From an uncultured Planctomycetota bacterium (GTDB lineage Bacteria > Planctomycetota > Planctomycetia > Isosphaerales > Isosphaeraceae): a stretch of DNA of 64,000 nucleotides. Shown piece after piece: positions 53,034 through 64,000 of the stretch (positions are counted from its first letter, which is position 1; every line of letters starts with the position of its first letter). The translations under genes were made by a program, and so were the position numbers. Below the pieces are notes generated by a model. That model saw only the letters and a program-made list of their open reading frames with translations, ran no database searches and was not told the DNA's origin. Where the stretch lies: assembly GCA_963737655.1 (NCBI GenBank), contig CAVTTN010000002.1, positions 3,616,001-3,680,000 on the forward strand. The letters are read 5' to 3'.

Positions 53034-54133
53034 TCAGAGCGAGGCCAGGGGCAGGCCGAACGTGGAGGCCACGGCGCGGTTGGTGACGCGGCCCCGGTCG
53101 ATATTCACGCCGTCGGCCACGCCCGGGTTGGACGCGGCCACCTCGCGCCACCCGGCCCGGGCGAACTGGAGGACGTAGGGCAGCGTCACGTTGCAGAGAG
53201 CATAGGTGCTGGTGCGGCCGACGGCGCCCGGCATGTTGGTCACGCAGTAGTGAACGACGCCGTCCACGAGATAGGTCGGATGGCGATGGGTCGTCGGCCG
53301 GCTCGTCTCGACGCACCCGCCCTGGTCGATCGCCACGTCCACGATCACCGCGCCGGGCTTCATCCGGGACAGGTCCTCGCGGCGGACGAGCCGAGGGGCC
53401 CGGCCCCGGTGATCAGGATCGCGCCGATGACCAGGTCGGCCCTCTCCACCGACTCGCGAATCGTGTGGCGGTCGGAATAGAGGGTCGTCACGTTCGGCGG
53501 CATGATGTCGTCGAGGTAGCGGAGGCGGTCGAGGTTGATGTCGAGGATGCGGACGTTGGCGCCGAGGCCGGCGGCGACCCTCGCGGCGTTGGTGCCGACG
53601 ATCCCCCCGCCCAGGATCGCGACCTCGGCCGGGGCCACGCCCGGGACGCCCGCGAGCAAGATCCCCCGGCCTTCCTGGGGCCGTTCGAGATACTTGGCCC
53701 CTTCCTGGATGCTCATCCGGCCGGCGACCTCGCTCATGGGCGTCAGCAACGGCAGGCCGCCCCGGGCGTCGCGGATGGTCTCATACGCGATCGCGGTGAT
53801 CCCGCTGCGGATCACGGCGTCGGTCAGGGCCTCGTCGGCGGCGAAGTGGAAGTAGGTGAAGAGGACCTGGCCCTCCCGCATCCGGGGCCATTCGTCCTCC
53901 TGGGGCTCCTTGACCTTGACGATCAGGTCGGCCCTCTTCCAGATCTCGGCGGCGTCGGCCACGATCTCGGCGCCGGCGGCCTCGTACAGCGAGTCCGGGA
54001 TGCCGCTGCCCAGGCCCGCCCCGGCCTCGACCAGGGCTGTGTGGCCCGAGGAGGAAAGCTCCTCCGCGCCGACGGGCAGCATGGCGACCCGATACTCGTC
54101 CGACTTCACCTCTTTCGGCACACCGACAATCAT
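53034..54133 (-). CDS. ald: Alanine dehydrogenase; frameshift at ~53402
   Basis: MIVGVPKEVKSDEYRV, VKVKEP, FTYFHFAA, PLLTPMSEVAGR, VDVAIDQGGCVETS, HYCVTNMPGAV. Confidence 0.95.
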
Positions 54134-54373
54134 CGCGGCCTCTCCTCGGGCTCTGGCGTCTTCCGGCCGGGGAGGGCTCGGACGCACCCATTCGACCAAT
54201 TCATTACGGATTTGGCAAGGGACGCGGCGCCGTGCCCTCCGCGACCCGCGAACGGATGCGATCATGTAGAAAATCGGAGAAGTCGAAATTTTTTCCTTTG
54301 CATCGCGCCGCAAATCGGCGAAATAGATGACCTGCTGGTCGATGAGGACGCCCAGAGGCAGGAAAGGTTCATC

Positions 54374-55360
54374 ATGCGTCCACCCCGGCGCCGAGAGGCC
54401 GCCGTCACCGCCCGCCGACTCGACGACCGGATCGCGATCGACGCGCCCGAGTACTCCGCCGCGATCCGCACCCGGGGGTACGTCTCGGGGGTGGCTGAGG
54501 GGTCATTCCTCGACAGGAAGACCGGGGCCCGCGACCTCGGCTTCGGCCTGGACATCGCCGATTTCCTCCTCGAACCGGCCGACCCCGACGCGCCCATCCC
54601 GCCCGGCCAGTACGACTTCGGCAAGGACAACCCGGTCCACGGCAACCTGGCCAAGCGGTACGTGGAAGGCCCGCAGATCTGCACCCAGGCGAAACGCCTG
54701 GAACCGACCGTGATCGAAGGAGACGGGTTCGTCGCGGTCCGCCAATCCTTCAGCTGGAACGTCGCCTACGCCCCTCGCGACCACGCCGGATCGACCTGGG
54801 AACAACTGCTGATCTTCCCGGCCGAGGGACGATTCTTCCTGGCGAGCGACCGCGTGACCGTCGCCAACGCCTCGCCGGCCCTGTTCCTCCGGGTCGATCT
54901 GCCGGGCCACATCAAGCATCGTCGCGGGGCGGGCTTCGAGCACCTGTACCTGAGCTACAACGACCCGCCGGTGATCCCCTCCACCGAGTTCGCCGACGAC
55001 TTCCCGCCCGACGCCCGGTTCCTCTACCGCCGAGGCAAGGACCCGAAGCCCGAGCGATTCATCCGCGCCTACCAGACCGACCTCGGCCCGGAAAAAGGGG
55101 ACGGCCCCTGGCTCGCCGGGATGACCCTCAATCCCGACGACGTGTATCAAGCCTGGTGCCACCAGAGGGGTTACGTCTGCCTGATCGAAGAGATCGGCGG
55201 CCGGGCCGTGAAGCCGGGCGACAGCTTCGGCGCCGCCTACCTGATCGGCTGGTTCGACGACCGCGCCGCGATGGAGGCGGCCTACGACCGGTTTCGGGGC
55301 GTTCATCGCTGGGAACTCGACGGCCCCGCCGATCGACCCTCGGGATTCCGAGGAACTTGA
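54374..55360 (+). CDS. Hypothetical protein
   Basis: Globular ORF (GYVSGVAEGSFLDRKTGARDLGFGLDIADFLLEP...AWCHQRGYVCLIEEIGG); ATG start inferred. Confidence 0.7.
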   Translation: MRPPRRREAAVTARRLDDRIAIDAPEYSAAIRTRGYVSGVAEGSFLDRKTGARDLGFGLDIADFLLEPADPDAPIPPGQYDFGKDNPVHGNLAKRYVEGPQICTQAKRLEPTVIEGDGFVAVRQSFSWNVAYAPRDHAGSTWEQLLIFPAEGRFFLASDRVTVANASPALFLRVDLPGHIKHRRGAGFEHLYLSYNDPPVIPSTEFADDFPPDARFLYRRGKDPKPERFIRAYQTDLGPEKGDGPWLAGMTLNPDDVYQAWCHQRGYVCLIEEIGGRAVKPGDSFGAAYLIGWFDDRAAMEAAYDRFRGVHRWELDGPADRPSGFRGT

Positions 55361-55414
55361 ATGATTGGGGATTGCAGATGGGATGCGAGAATGGGATAAA
55401 ATAGGTGACTTGGG

Positions 55415-55442
55415 TTGACAGGGTTATCGGCGCGGGTAGGTT
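55415..55442 (+). promoter_or_regulatory. Possible sigma70 promoter for the Calx-beta gene
   Basis: TTGACA (55415-20), a 16-nt spacer, then TAGGTT. Confidence 0.4.
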
Positions 55443-55517
55443 TGCGATGGTCGTACTTCCTCCGAGCCGAGGAAGCCCGCTCTCTTCTTTGCCCCTCTCC
55501 CACGAAGGCGTGACCTC

Positions 55518-58500
55518 ATGAGACCTCGTCCCAAGACGTCTCGGCCGACCCGGAGCGTCGGACGGCGGACCATGTTCCTGGAGTCCCTGGAGTCCCGGAC
55601 GCTGCTGGCCGGGCCGGTCATCACGTTGATCCTCACCAATTCGAATGTGGACGAGAAGGGCGGGACGGCCCAGTTGTACGCGGCGGCGTCCACGACCTCG
55701 ACCAGCGACACCATCATCACCCTGGCGATCTCCGGCACGGCAAACCGAGGCAGCCAGTACACGATCGACGACACGAAGCTGACGATCCCGGCGAATACCA
55801 GCTTCAGCAACACGGCGAACATCGCCGGCGTGGACGACATGACGTTCGATCCCAACGCCACGGTGATCTTCAAGGTTGCCGGGATCAATTCGACGGATGG
55901 TGCGACCTGGGACGGCAACAGCCAGACCGCGACGATCGTGAACCAGGACCCCCAGCCGACGGTCGGCCTCACGACCTCGGCGACGAGCTTCTCGGAGGCC
56001 GGTGGGGTCGCGACGATCACGGCGACGCTCTCGGCCGCCTCGGGCTACGCGACGACCGTGAACCTGGCCTACTCGGGCCAGGCGCAGCAAGGCCAGGACT
56101 ACTCGGTTTCTCCGGCCGGCCCGATCACGATCCCCATCGGCCAGACGGTGGCCACAACGACCCTGACGGGCCTGGACGACAACAAGTACGGGACGGACAA
56201 GGCCTTCTCGGTCTCGATCGCCTCGGCCACCAACGCCACCCCGGCCGGCGCCGCGCTGTCGGAGACCGTGACCGAGGCCGACCCGATGCCGACCGTCACC
56301 CTGACCTCCAACCCCTCGTCGTTCAACGAGAGCGGCGGGTCGGCCAAGGTGACCGTTGCGCTCTCCGCGGCGTCCTCGCTGGCGACGACCGTCAATCTCA
56401 GCTTCGCCGGGACGGCCGTCCAGGGGACCAACTACACCGTCAACACGCAGAGCGTCACCATCCCCGCCGGCCAGGTCTCCCAGCCCGTGACGATCACGGG
56501 CCGGGACGACAACGCCATCACCGGCCCCCTGAGCTTGACCGTCACGGCCAGCAGTGCCACCAACGCCTCGATCGCCAACGGCCCCGCCGTGACGCTGACC
56601 GAGAACGACACGACCCAGCCGCCCGGGATCTCGGCGGCCGACACGACCGTCACCGACACCACGCCCGACGCCACCTTCGTCGTCAGGCTCGACCGCGCCG
56701 TGAATTCCTCGACGTCGGTCGATTATTTCACGCAGAGCGGGACCGGCACGAACGGCGCGATCGACGGCGTCGATTTCAAGGGCGTGAGCGGGACGCTCAC
56801 GTTCGCGCCCGGCCAGACGGCCCTGACCGTCGCCGTGCCGATCCTCGACGACAAGTCCTACAAGCCGACGAAGTCCTTCACCCTCAACCTGATCAACCCG
56901 GTCCACGGGGTCGTGACCGACCCCCAGGCCACCGGGACGATCCTCAACACGGCGACCCCGCCGGCCGTCTCGGTCGGCGACGGCTCGGCCGTCGAGGGGA
57001 ACTCGGGCACCACCCCGCTCACGGTCACCATCTCGCTCTCGGCGCCGAGCGAGATCGCCGCGACCGTGAACCTCTCGACGGCCGACAATACGGCGGTCGC
57101 GGGGGTCGATTACATCGCCTACAACGGGTCGGTGACGTTCAATCCGGGCCAGGTCACCCAGACGGTCACCCTCCAGGTCATCGGCAACACCAAGCCCCAG
57201 CCCGACCGCACGTTCTTCCTGAACGCCACCTCCTCCACGAACGCGTCGATCGCCAAGTCTCAAGGCGTCGAGACGATCCACGACGACGACCCGGCCGTCG
57301 GCGTGTCGATCTCCAACGCGACGGTCGCCGCCGGCTCGTCCCCGACGACGGCCACCTTCACCGTGACGCTGGCCCAGGCCAGCGGCCAGACCGCCTCGGT
57401 CAACTACGCCACCGGCGACGGCACCGCCAAGGCCGGCACCGACTACACCGCCACCAGCGGGACGCTGACCTTCGCCCCCAACGTGACGTCGCAGACGATC
57501 ACCGTGCCGATCTCCGCGACGAGCGTCCCCGGGCCGACGAAGCAGTTCTCCGTGACGCTCTCGATGCCGGTGAACACGACGATCTCCAATTCGCAGGGCA
57601 CCGGCACGATCACCAACTCGATCGCCGCCCCGTTCCTCTCGATCGGCGACGTGACCGTGGCCGGCAGCGCCACGCAGTCCACCAACGCCACGTTCAACGT
57701 CATCCTCTCGGCCCCGAGCGGCCAGACCGTCACCGTCAACTACAACACGGCGAACGTGACGGCGCTGGCCGGGACCGATTACGGCGCCGTCTCGGGCCAG
57801 CTCGCGTTCGCCCCGGGCCAGACCGTCCTGCCGATCACCGTGCCGATCCTGCCCAACACCGCGATCGAGCCCTCGCTCGTCTTCAGCGTGAACCTCAGCG
57901 GTGCGACCAACGCGACGATCAGCGACACCCAGGCCCTGGGGACGATCCTCCCCCGGAACATCCCGTACAACGTCACGATCAACGACGTGAGCACCCCTCA
58001 CGGCCCGGCCGGCGCGATGCCCGACGCCACGTTCACCGTGACGCTCTCCTCGGTCGCCTCCCAGCCGGTCACCGTCCAGTACATGACCGCCGACGGCTCC
58101 GCGATCGCCGGGCAGGACTACATCGCCACCCAGGGAAGCGTCACCTTCCAGCCCGGCCAGACCAGCCTGCCGGTCTCCGTCCCCCTGATCGGCACGAACC
58201 TCGACGAGCCGGTCAAGACGTTCTCCTTGATGCTCACGGGAGTGACCAGCAACGCCACGATCGCAATCCCCAAGGGCACCGGCACGATCCTCAACGACTC
58301 GACCACGCCCGACCTGTCGGTCAATAGCGTCGGCGTGGTCGATTCCACGCCTTCCGCGATCTTCACCATCACCCTCTCGTCGCCCAGCGCGAAGACGGTC
58401 ACGGTGAACTACTCGACGACGGACGGCTCGGCGGTGGCCGGTCAGGATTACACCGCGACCTCCGGCACCCTGAGCTTCGCCCCGGGCGAGACGGCGAAAC

Positions 58501-61500
58501 AGGTCAGCGTCCCCCTGATCAAAGATCCTCAGTACACGACGACCGCCCGGACCTTCACGCTCAACCTGACGAACCCCCTGAACTCCACGATCCTCTCCGG
58601 GACCGGCACGGCCTCGATCACGAGCACCGCGGCCGAGCCCTCGGTCACGATCGACGACTTCAGCCGGACCAAGAGCACGTCGGGCACCGTCCTCGCCTCG
58701 ACGGTCGTCCACCTGAGCGCCCCGAGCGCCGTGACCACGACCGTCTTCTATTCGACGTCCGACATCACCGCGATCGCCGGCACGGATTACGTCCAGACGA
58801 TGGGTTCGGTCACGTTCGCGCCCGGCCAGACCGCCGCGATCATCAACGTCCCGATCCTCGGCTCGACCACGCCCGAGGGGACGCGGACGTTCGCCGTGAA
58901 CCTCGTGATGGCCACGAACGCCACCATCGCCGACGCCCAGGCCATCGGCACGATCCTCGATCCGAACGCGCCGGCCGGGATCATCTCCGACAATCCCACG
59001 ATCACCCAGGCCGCGACCCCCCAGCCGATCACGTTCACGATCCACCTGGCCGAGGCCAGCGCCCTGCCGATCACCGTGAACTACGCGACGGCCAACCTCA
59101 CCGCTCAGGCGGGGACCGACTATCTCCAGACCAGCGGCGTCCTGACGTTCAACCCGGGCGAGACGGTCAAGACCGTCCAGGTCGAGGTGCTCGGCTCCAG
59201 CGTCCCCCAGCCCGCCAAGCAGTTCGCCCTGGTCCTGTCGAACCCCGTGAACTCGACGATCGAGACGACCCAGGGGATCGGCACGATCCTCAACGGCATC
59301 GCCAACCCGGCGATCTCGATCGACGACGTGAAGGTCGAGCAGTCGGCGACGGCCACCGTCAACGCGATGTTCCACGTCACGCTCTCCAACGCGAGCACCC
59401 TGCCGATCACGGTCGGATATTCGACCCGGGACGGCGACGCGATCGCCGGGACCGACTACCAGTCCACCTCGGGCACGATCACCTTCAACCCGGGCCAGAC
59501 GGTCCAGACGATCTCGGTCCCGGTCCTGCCCAACATCAACCCGCAGATCACCAAGACCTTCCTGGTCGTCCTGAACGCCCCGACGAACGCGACGATCGCC
59601 GACACCATGGCGACCGGGACGATCGTCAACGACAACCTCGCCCGGTCCCTCACCGTCGATGACGTCCAGGTCGCCAACGGCCCGGCCGGGACGCAGACCT
59701 CGGCCACGTTCACGGTCGTCCTCTCGTCGCCGTCGGCCCAGCCGGTCACGGTCCAGTTCGCGACGGCCGACGGCACCGCCAAGGCCGGGACCGATTACCT
59801 GGCCGTCGGCGGCCTGCTCACGTTCAACCCCGGACAGACCTCGATGACGGTGACGGTGCCGGTCCTCGGCTCGTCGCAGAACAAGGCGAACCTCTCGTTC
59901 ACCCTGAACCTCTCGGCGCCTCAGAACGCGACGCTCTCGCGGACCTCGGCCACCGGCACGATCGTCAGCGGGGTGACCGTCCCGCAGCTCTCCGTCGTGG
60001 GGACGACGGTCGAGGACGTGAGCCCGGCCGCCACGTTCGTCATCAGCCTCGCCGCGCCCAGCGGCCAGACGATCACCGTGAACTATTCGACGTTCGACGG
60101 CACCGCGGTGGCGGGCAAGGACTACACCGCCACCACCGGGACGCTCACGTTCAACCCCGGCGACACGAGCAAGACGGTCTCGGTGCCGGTCCTCCGCGAA
60201 TCGACCTACGGGCCGCCGACCCGCTCGTTCACGCTCGTCCTGAGCAACCCGATCAACGCCGCGATCTTCTCCGGGACCGGGACCGGGACGATCCTCGACA
60301 CCGTGACGCCCCCGACGGTCACCATCGACAATTTCAGCGTGACCGAAGGCAACTCGGGCCAGACGCTGGCGACCACCACGGTCCACCTCTCGGCGGCCAG
60401 CCAGCTCGCGGCGACGGTCTCCTACTCGACGGCCGACGTCTCGGCCATCGCCGGGACCGATTACGTCGCCACGGCGGGACTCGTCACGTTCGCGCCGGGC
60501 CAGACGTCGGCCACGATCTCGATTCCGATCATCGGCAACACGATCCCCCAGCCGAACCGGACGTTCGTCGTCAACCTGACCAATCCCACGGGCTCGACCC
60601 TGGGCAACTCGCAGGCGGTCGGCACCATCGTCGATGACGACCCGGCCTCCGGTCTCTTCGCCGACAACATCTCGGTCCAGCAATCGACCACGCCCACCAC
60701 CGCCACGTTCACGATCAAGCTCGCCCAGGCCAGCGGCTTCCCGATCAGCGTCCAGTACGCCACGGCCAACGGCACGGCGATCGCCGGGACCGATTACCTC
60801 CCGACCCAGGGCACGCTCACGTTCGCCCCCGGCGAGACGAGCAAGACCGTCACCGTGAACGTCCTGGCGGCCACCGTCCCCAAGTCGCCGACGACCTTCT
60901 CGCTCCTGCTCACGAACCCGGTCAACACCACGATCACCACGCCGACGGTCACCGCCACGATCGTCAACGTCGTGACCAATCCGAGCCTCGCCATCGCGCC
61001 GGTTTCGGTGGATGCTCCGACGACCGGCACGGCGATCGCGCTCTTCAACGTCACCCTGTCGGCCCCCAGCGGCCAGACGGTGACGGTCAACTACCAGACC
61101 AGCAACGGCACCGCCTTCGCCGGCACCGACTACGTCGCCGCCCAGGGCACGCTCACGTTCGCCCCGGGGCAGACCATCCAGCAGATCCCGGTGACCGTCA
61201 ACGGCACCATGCAGCTCCTGCCCAATCGCACCTTCACCGTCACCCTCTCGGGCGCCTCCGACGCCACCATCGGCACCGCCTCGGCCACCGGAACCATCGT
61301 CAACAGCAACCTGCCCCACGTCGCCACCGTCTCCGACGCCTCCGCCTCCACCCCGCCCGTCGGCACCACCGCCAACGAGGCGTTCACCGTCACCCTCTCC
61401 AACGCCAGCGATCTGACCGTCACGCTGCAATATGCCACGGCCGACATCACGGCCAAGGCGGGCGTCGACTACGTCAACACCACCGGCTCGCTGACGTTCG

Positions 61501-64000
61501 CCCCGGGTCAGACGACCCAGACGATCAACGTGCCGATCCTCGGCCAGTCGGTGAACAAGCCCAACCTCACCTTCGCCCTGAATCTGACCTCCCCGCAGAA
61601 CGCGACGATCGGCCGGGCCCAGGGCATCGGCACCATCGTGAGCAGCGTGGCCGAGCCGTCGGCGACGATCGCCGGCTCGAACGTCGATGACACCGCCACG
61701 TCGGCCCCCTTCACCGTCACCCTGTCGGCCGCGAGTGGCCAGACGATCACGATCAACTACACGACCCAGGACGGCACCGCCGTCGCCGGGACCAACTACA
61801 CGGCCGCTTCCGGGACGCTGACCTTCGCGCCGGGGTCACGAGCCAGACCGTCAACGTCCCGATCATGAAGGACACCCTGTACGGGCCGCCGACCAAGACG
61901 TTCACCGTGGTGCTCTCGAACCCGACGAACGCCACGATCCAGACCCCCTCCGCCACCGTCACCATCAACAACACCGTGCCCGCGCCGACGGTCTCGATCG
62001 CCGACTTCAGCAAGACCGAGGGCAACTCGGGGACGTCTCTGGCGACGACCACCATCACTCTCTCGGCCGCCAGCAACGTCCCGGCCACCGTCAGCTACAC
62101 CACGGCCGACATCTCCGCCGTCGCGGGCGTCGATTACGTGTCCACGAGTGGGACCGTCACCTTCGCCCCGGGCCAGACCTCGGCGACGATCTCGATCCCG
62201 ATCATCGGCAACACCACCCCGCAGGCCAACCGCACCTTCGCCGTGAACCTGAGCGCTCCGACCGGCGCGACCATCGGCAAGGGCCAGGCCATCGGCACCA
62301 TCGTCGATGACGATGCCCCCGTGGGCCTGTCGGCCGACAACATCTCGGCCAATCAGACGACCACGCCGACCACCGCGACGTTCACCATCGTCCTGACCGA
62401 GGCCAGCGGCCTGCCGGTGAGCGTCCAGTACGCCACGGCCAACGGCACGGCGATCGCCGGGACCGATTACCTCTCGACCCAGGGCACCCTCACCTTCGCC
62501 CCCGGCGAGACGAGCAAGACCGTCACGGTCACCATCGAACCCGCCACGGTGGCCAAGGCGCCGACGACCTTCTCGCTCCTGCTCACGAACCCGGTCAACA
62601 CCACGATCACCACGCCGACGGTCACCGCCACCATCCAGAACACGGTGACCGCCCCGAGCCTGGCCATCGCCCCGGTGATGGTCGAGGCGCCCACGACGGG
62701 GACCGCCACGGCCCTGTTCAATGTCACCCTGTCGGCCCCCAGCGGCGAGACCGTCACGGTCAACTATCAGACCAGCAACGGAACGGCGACGGCAGGCACG
62801 GACTACGTCGCCGCCCAGGGGACCCTCACCTTCGCCCCGGGGCAGACCGTCCAGCAGATCCCGGTGACCGTCAACGGCACCATGCAGCTCCTGCCCAATC
62901 GCACCTTCACCGTCACCCTCTCGGGCGCCTCCGACGCCACCATCGGCACCGCCTCGGCCACCGGAACCATCGTCAACAGCAACCTGCCCCACGTCGCCAC
63001 CGTCTCCGACGCCTCCGCCTCCACCCCGCCCGTCGGCACCACCGCCAACGAGGCGTTCACCGTCACCCTCTCCAACGCCAGCGATCTGACCGTCACGCTG
63101 CAATATGCCACGGCCGACATCACGGCCAAGGCGGGCGTCGATTATGTGAATACGACTGGATCGCTGACGTTCGCCCCGGGTCAGACGACCCAGACGATCA
63201 ACGTGCCGATCCTCGGCCAGTCGGTGAACAAGCCCAACCTCACCTTCGCCCTGAATCTGACCTCCCCGCAGAACGCGACGATCGGCCGGGCCCAGGGCAT
63301 CGGCACCATCGTGAGCAGCGTGGCCGAGCCGTCGGCGACGATCACCGGGACGACGGTGAATGACACCGCGATGACCGCGCCGTTCACCGTCACTTTGTCG
63401 GCGGCGAGCGGCCAGACGATCACGATCAGCTACGCCACCCAGGACGGCACGGCCATCGCCGGGACCGATTACACCGCCACGTCGGGCACGCTCACCTTCG
63501 CTCCCGGAGTGACCTCTCAGACCGTCAACGTGCCGATCTCGAAGGACACCGCCTTCGGGCCGCCGAGCAAGACGTTCACCGTCGTGCTCTCCAACCCGAT
63601 GAACGCGACGATCCAGACCGCCTCGGCCACCGCGACCATCAACAACACCGTGCCCGCTCCCACGGTCTCGATCGCCGACTTCAGCAAGACCGAAGGCAAC
63701 TCGGGAACGTCTCTGGCGACGACAACGATCACGCTGTCGGCCCCCAGCAACGTCCCGGCGACGGTGAGCTACGCCACCAGCGACATCTCGGCGATGGCGG
63801 GCGTGGATTACGTCGCGACGACCGGCACCGTCACCTTCGCCCCGGGCCAGACCTCGGCGACGATCTCGATCCCGATCATCGGCAACACGACGCCTCAGGC
63901 CAACCGCACCTTCGCCGTCAACCTGAGCGCGCCGACCGGCGCGACCATCGGCAAGGGCCAGGCCATCGGCACCATCGTCGATGACGACGCGGCCCCGGGC
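55518..64000 (+). CDS. Giant Calx-beta repeat surface/adhesin-like protein with a LEPR-XLL-type N-terminus; frameshift at ~61835; runs off the window
   Basis: LESLESRTLLA, then about 25 domains of ~110 aa with FTVTLS...TVNYxTxDGTAxAGTDY...GTLTFAPGQT. The same repeats continue in the shifted frame to 64000. Confidence 0.9.

Noticed and set aside
25454..54133. ispH, fabH, pilM, mtnA and ald as pseudogenes or programmed frameshifts
   Set aside because: Catalytic motifs are intact on both sides of each break, no slippery heptamers were noticed, and similar indels occur across the whole window.
29239..61430. Very long opposite-strand ORFs (29239..33123, 34138..37209, 40095..45344, 47463..49667, 55128..61430)
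   Set aside because: They are antisense shadows of real high-GC genes, with no recognisable motifs and Arg/Gly-rich composition.

Overview
High-GC chromosomal window from a planctomycete, probably Isosphaeraceae-like (inferred from LESRxLL export motifs, eukaryote-type Ser/Thr kinases and the pilM-to-secretin cluster). It carries housekeeping genes (thiO, purD, asd, truA, prs, ispH, fabH, mtnA, ald), glycosyltransferases, a type IV pilus/T2SS assembly cluster ending in a 1472-aa secretin, a cysH plus sat-cysC sulfate assimilation pair, and the first 8.5 kb of a giant Calx-beta repeat protein. About 15 single-base frameshifts, several in G/C runs and several in housekeeping genes, look like long-read errors. 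The strongest hidden feature is a tRNA-Lys(UUU) gene split at anticodon position 34/35 by a complete 299-nt group I intron (10959-11257). Other candidates are a UxxC selenoprotein with a SECIS-like hairpin (TGA at 46132-46134, minus strand), a FYVE-like zinc-finger protein with a toxin-like N-terminal domain, a PurD with a tandemly duplicated lid domain, and a Ser/Thr kinase apparently fused to an extracytoplasmic HExxH domain.
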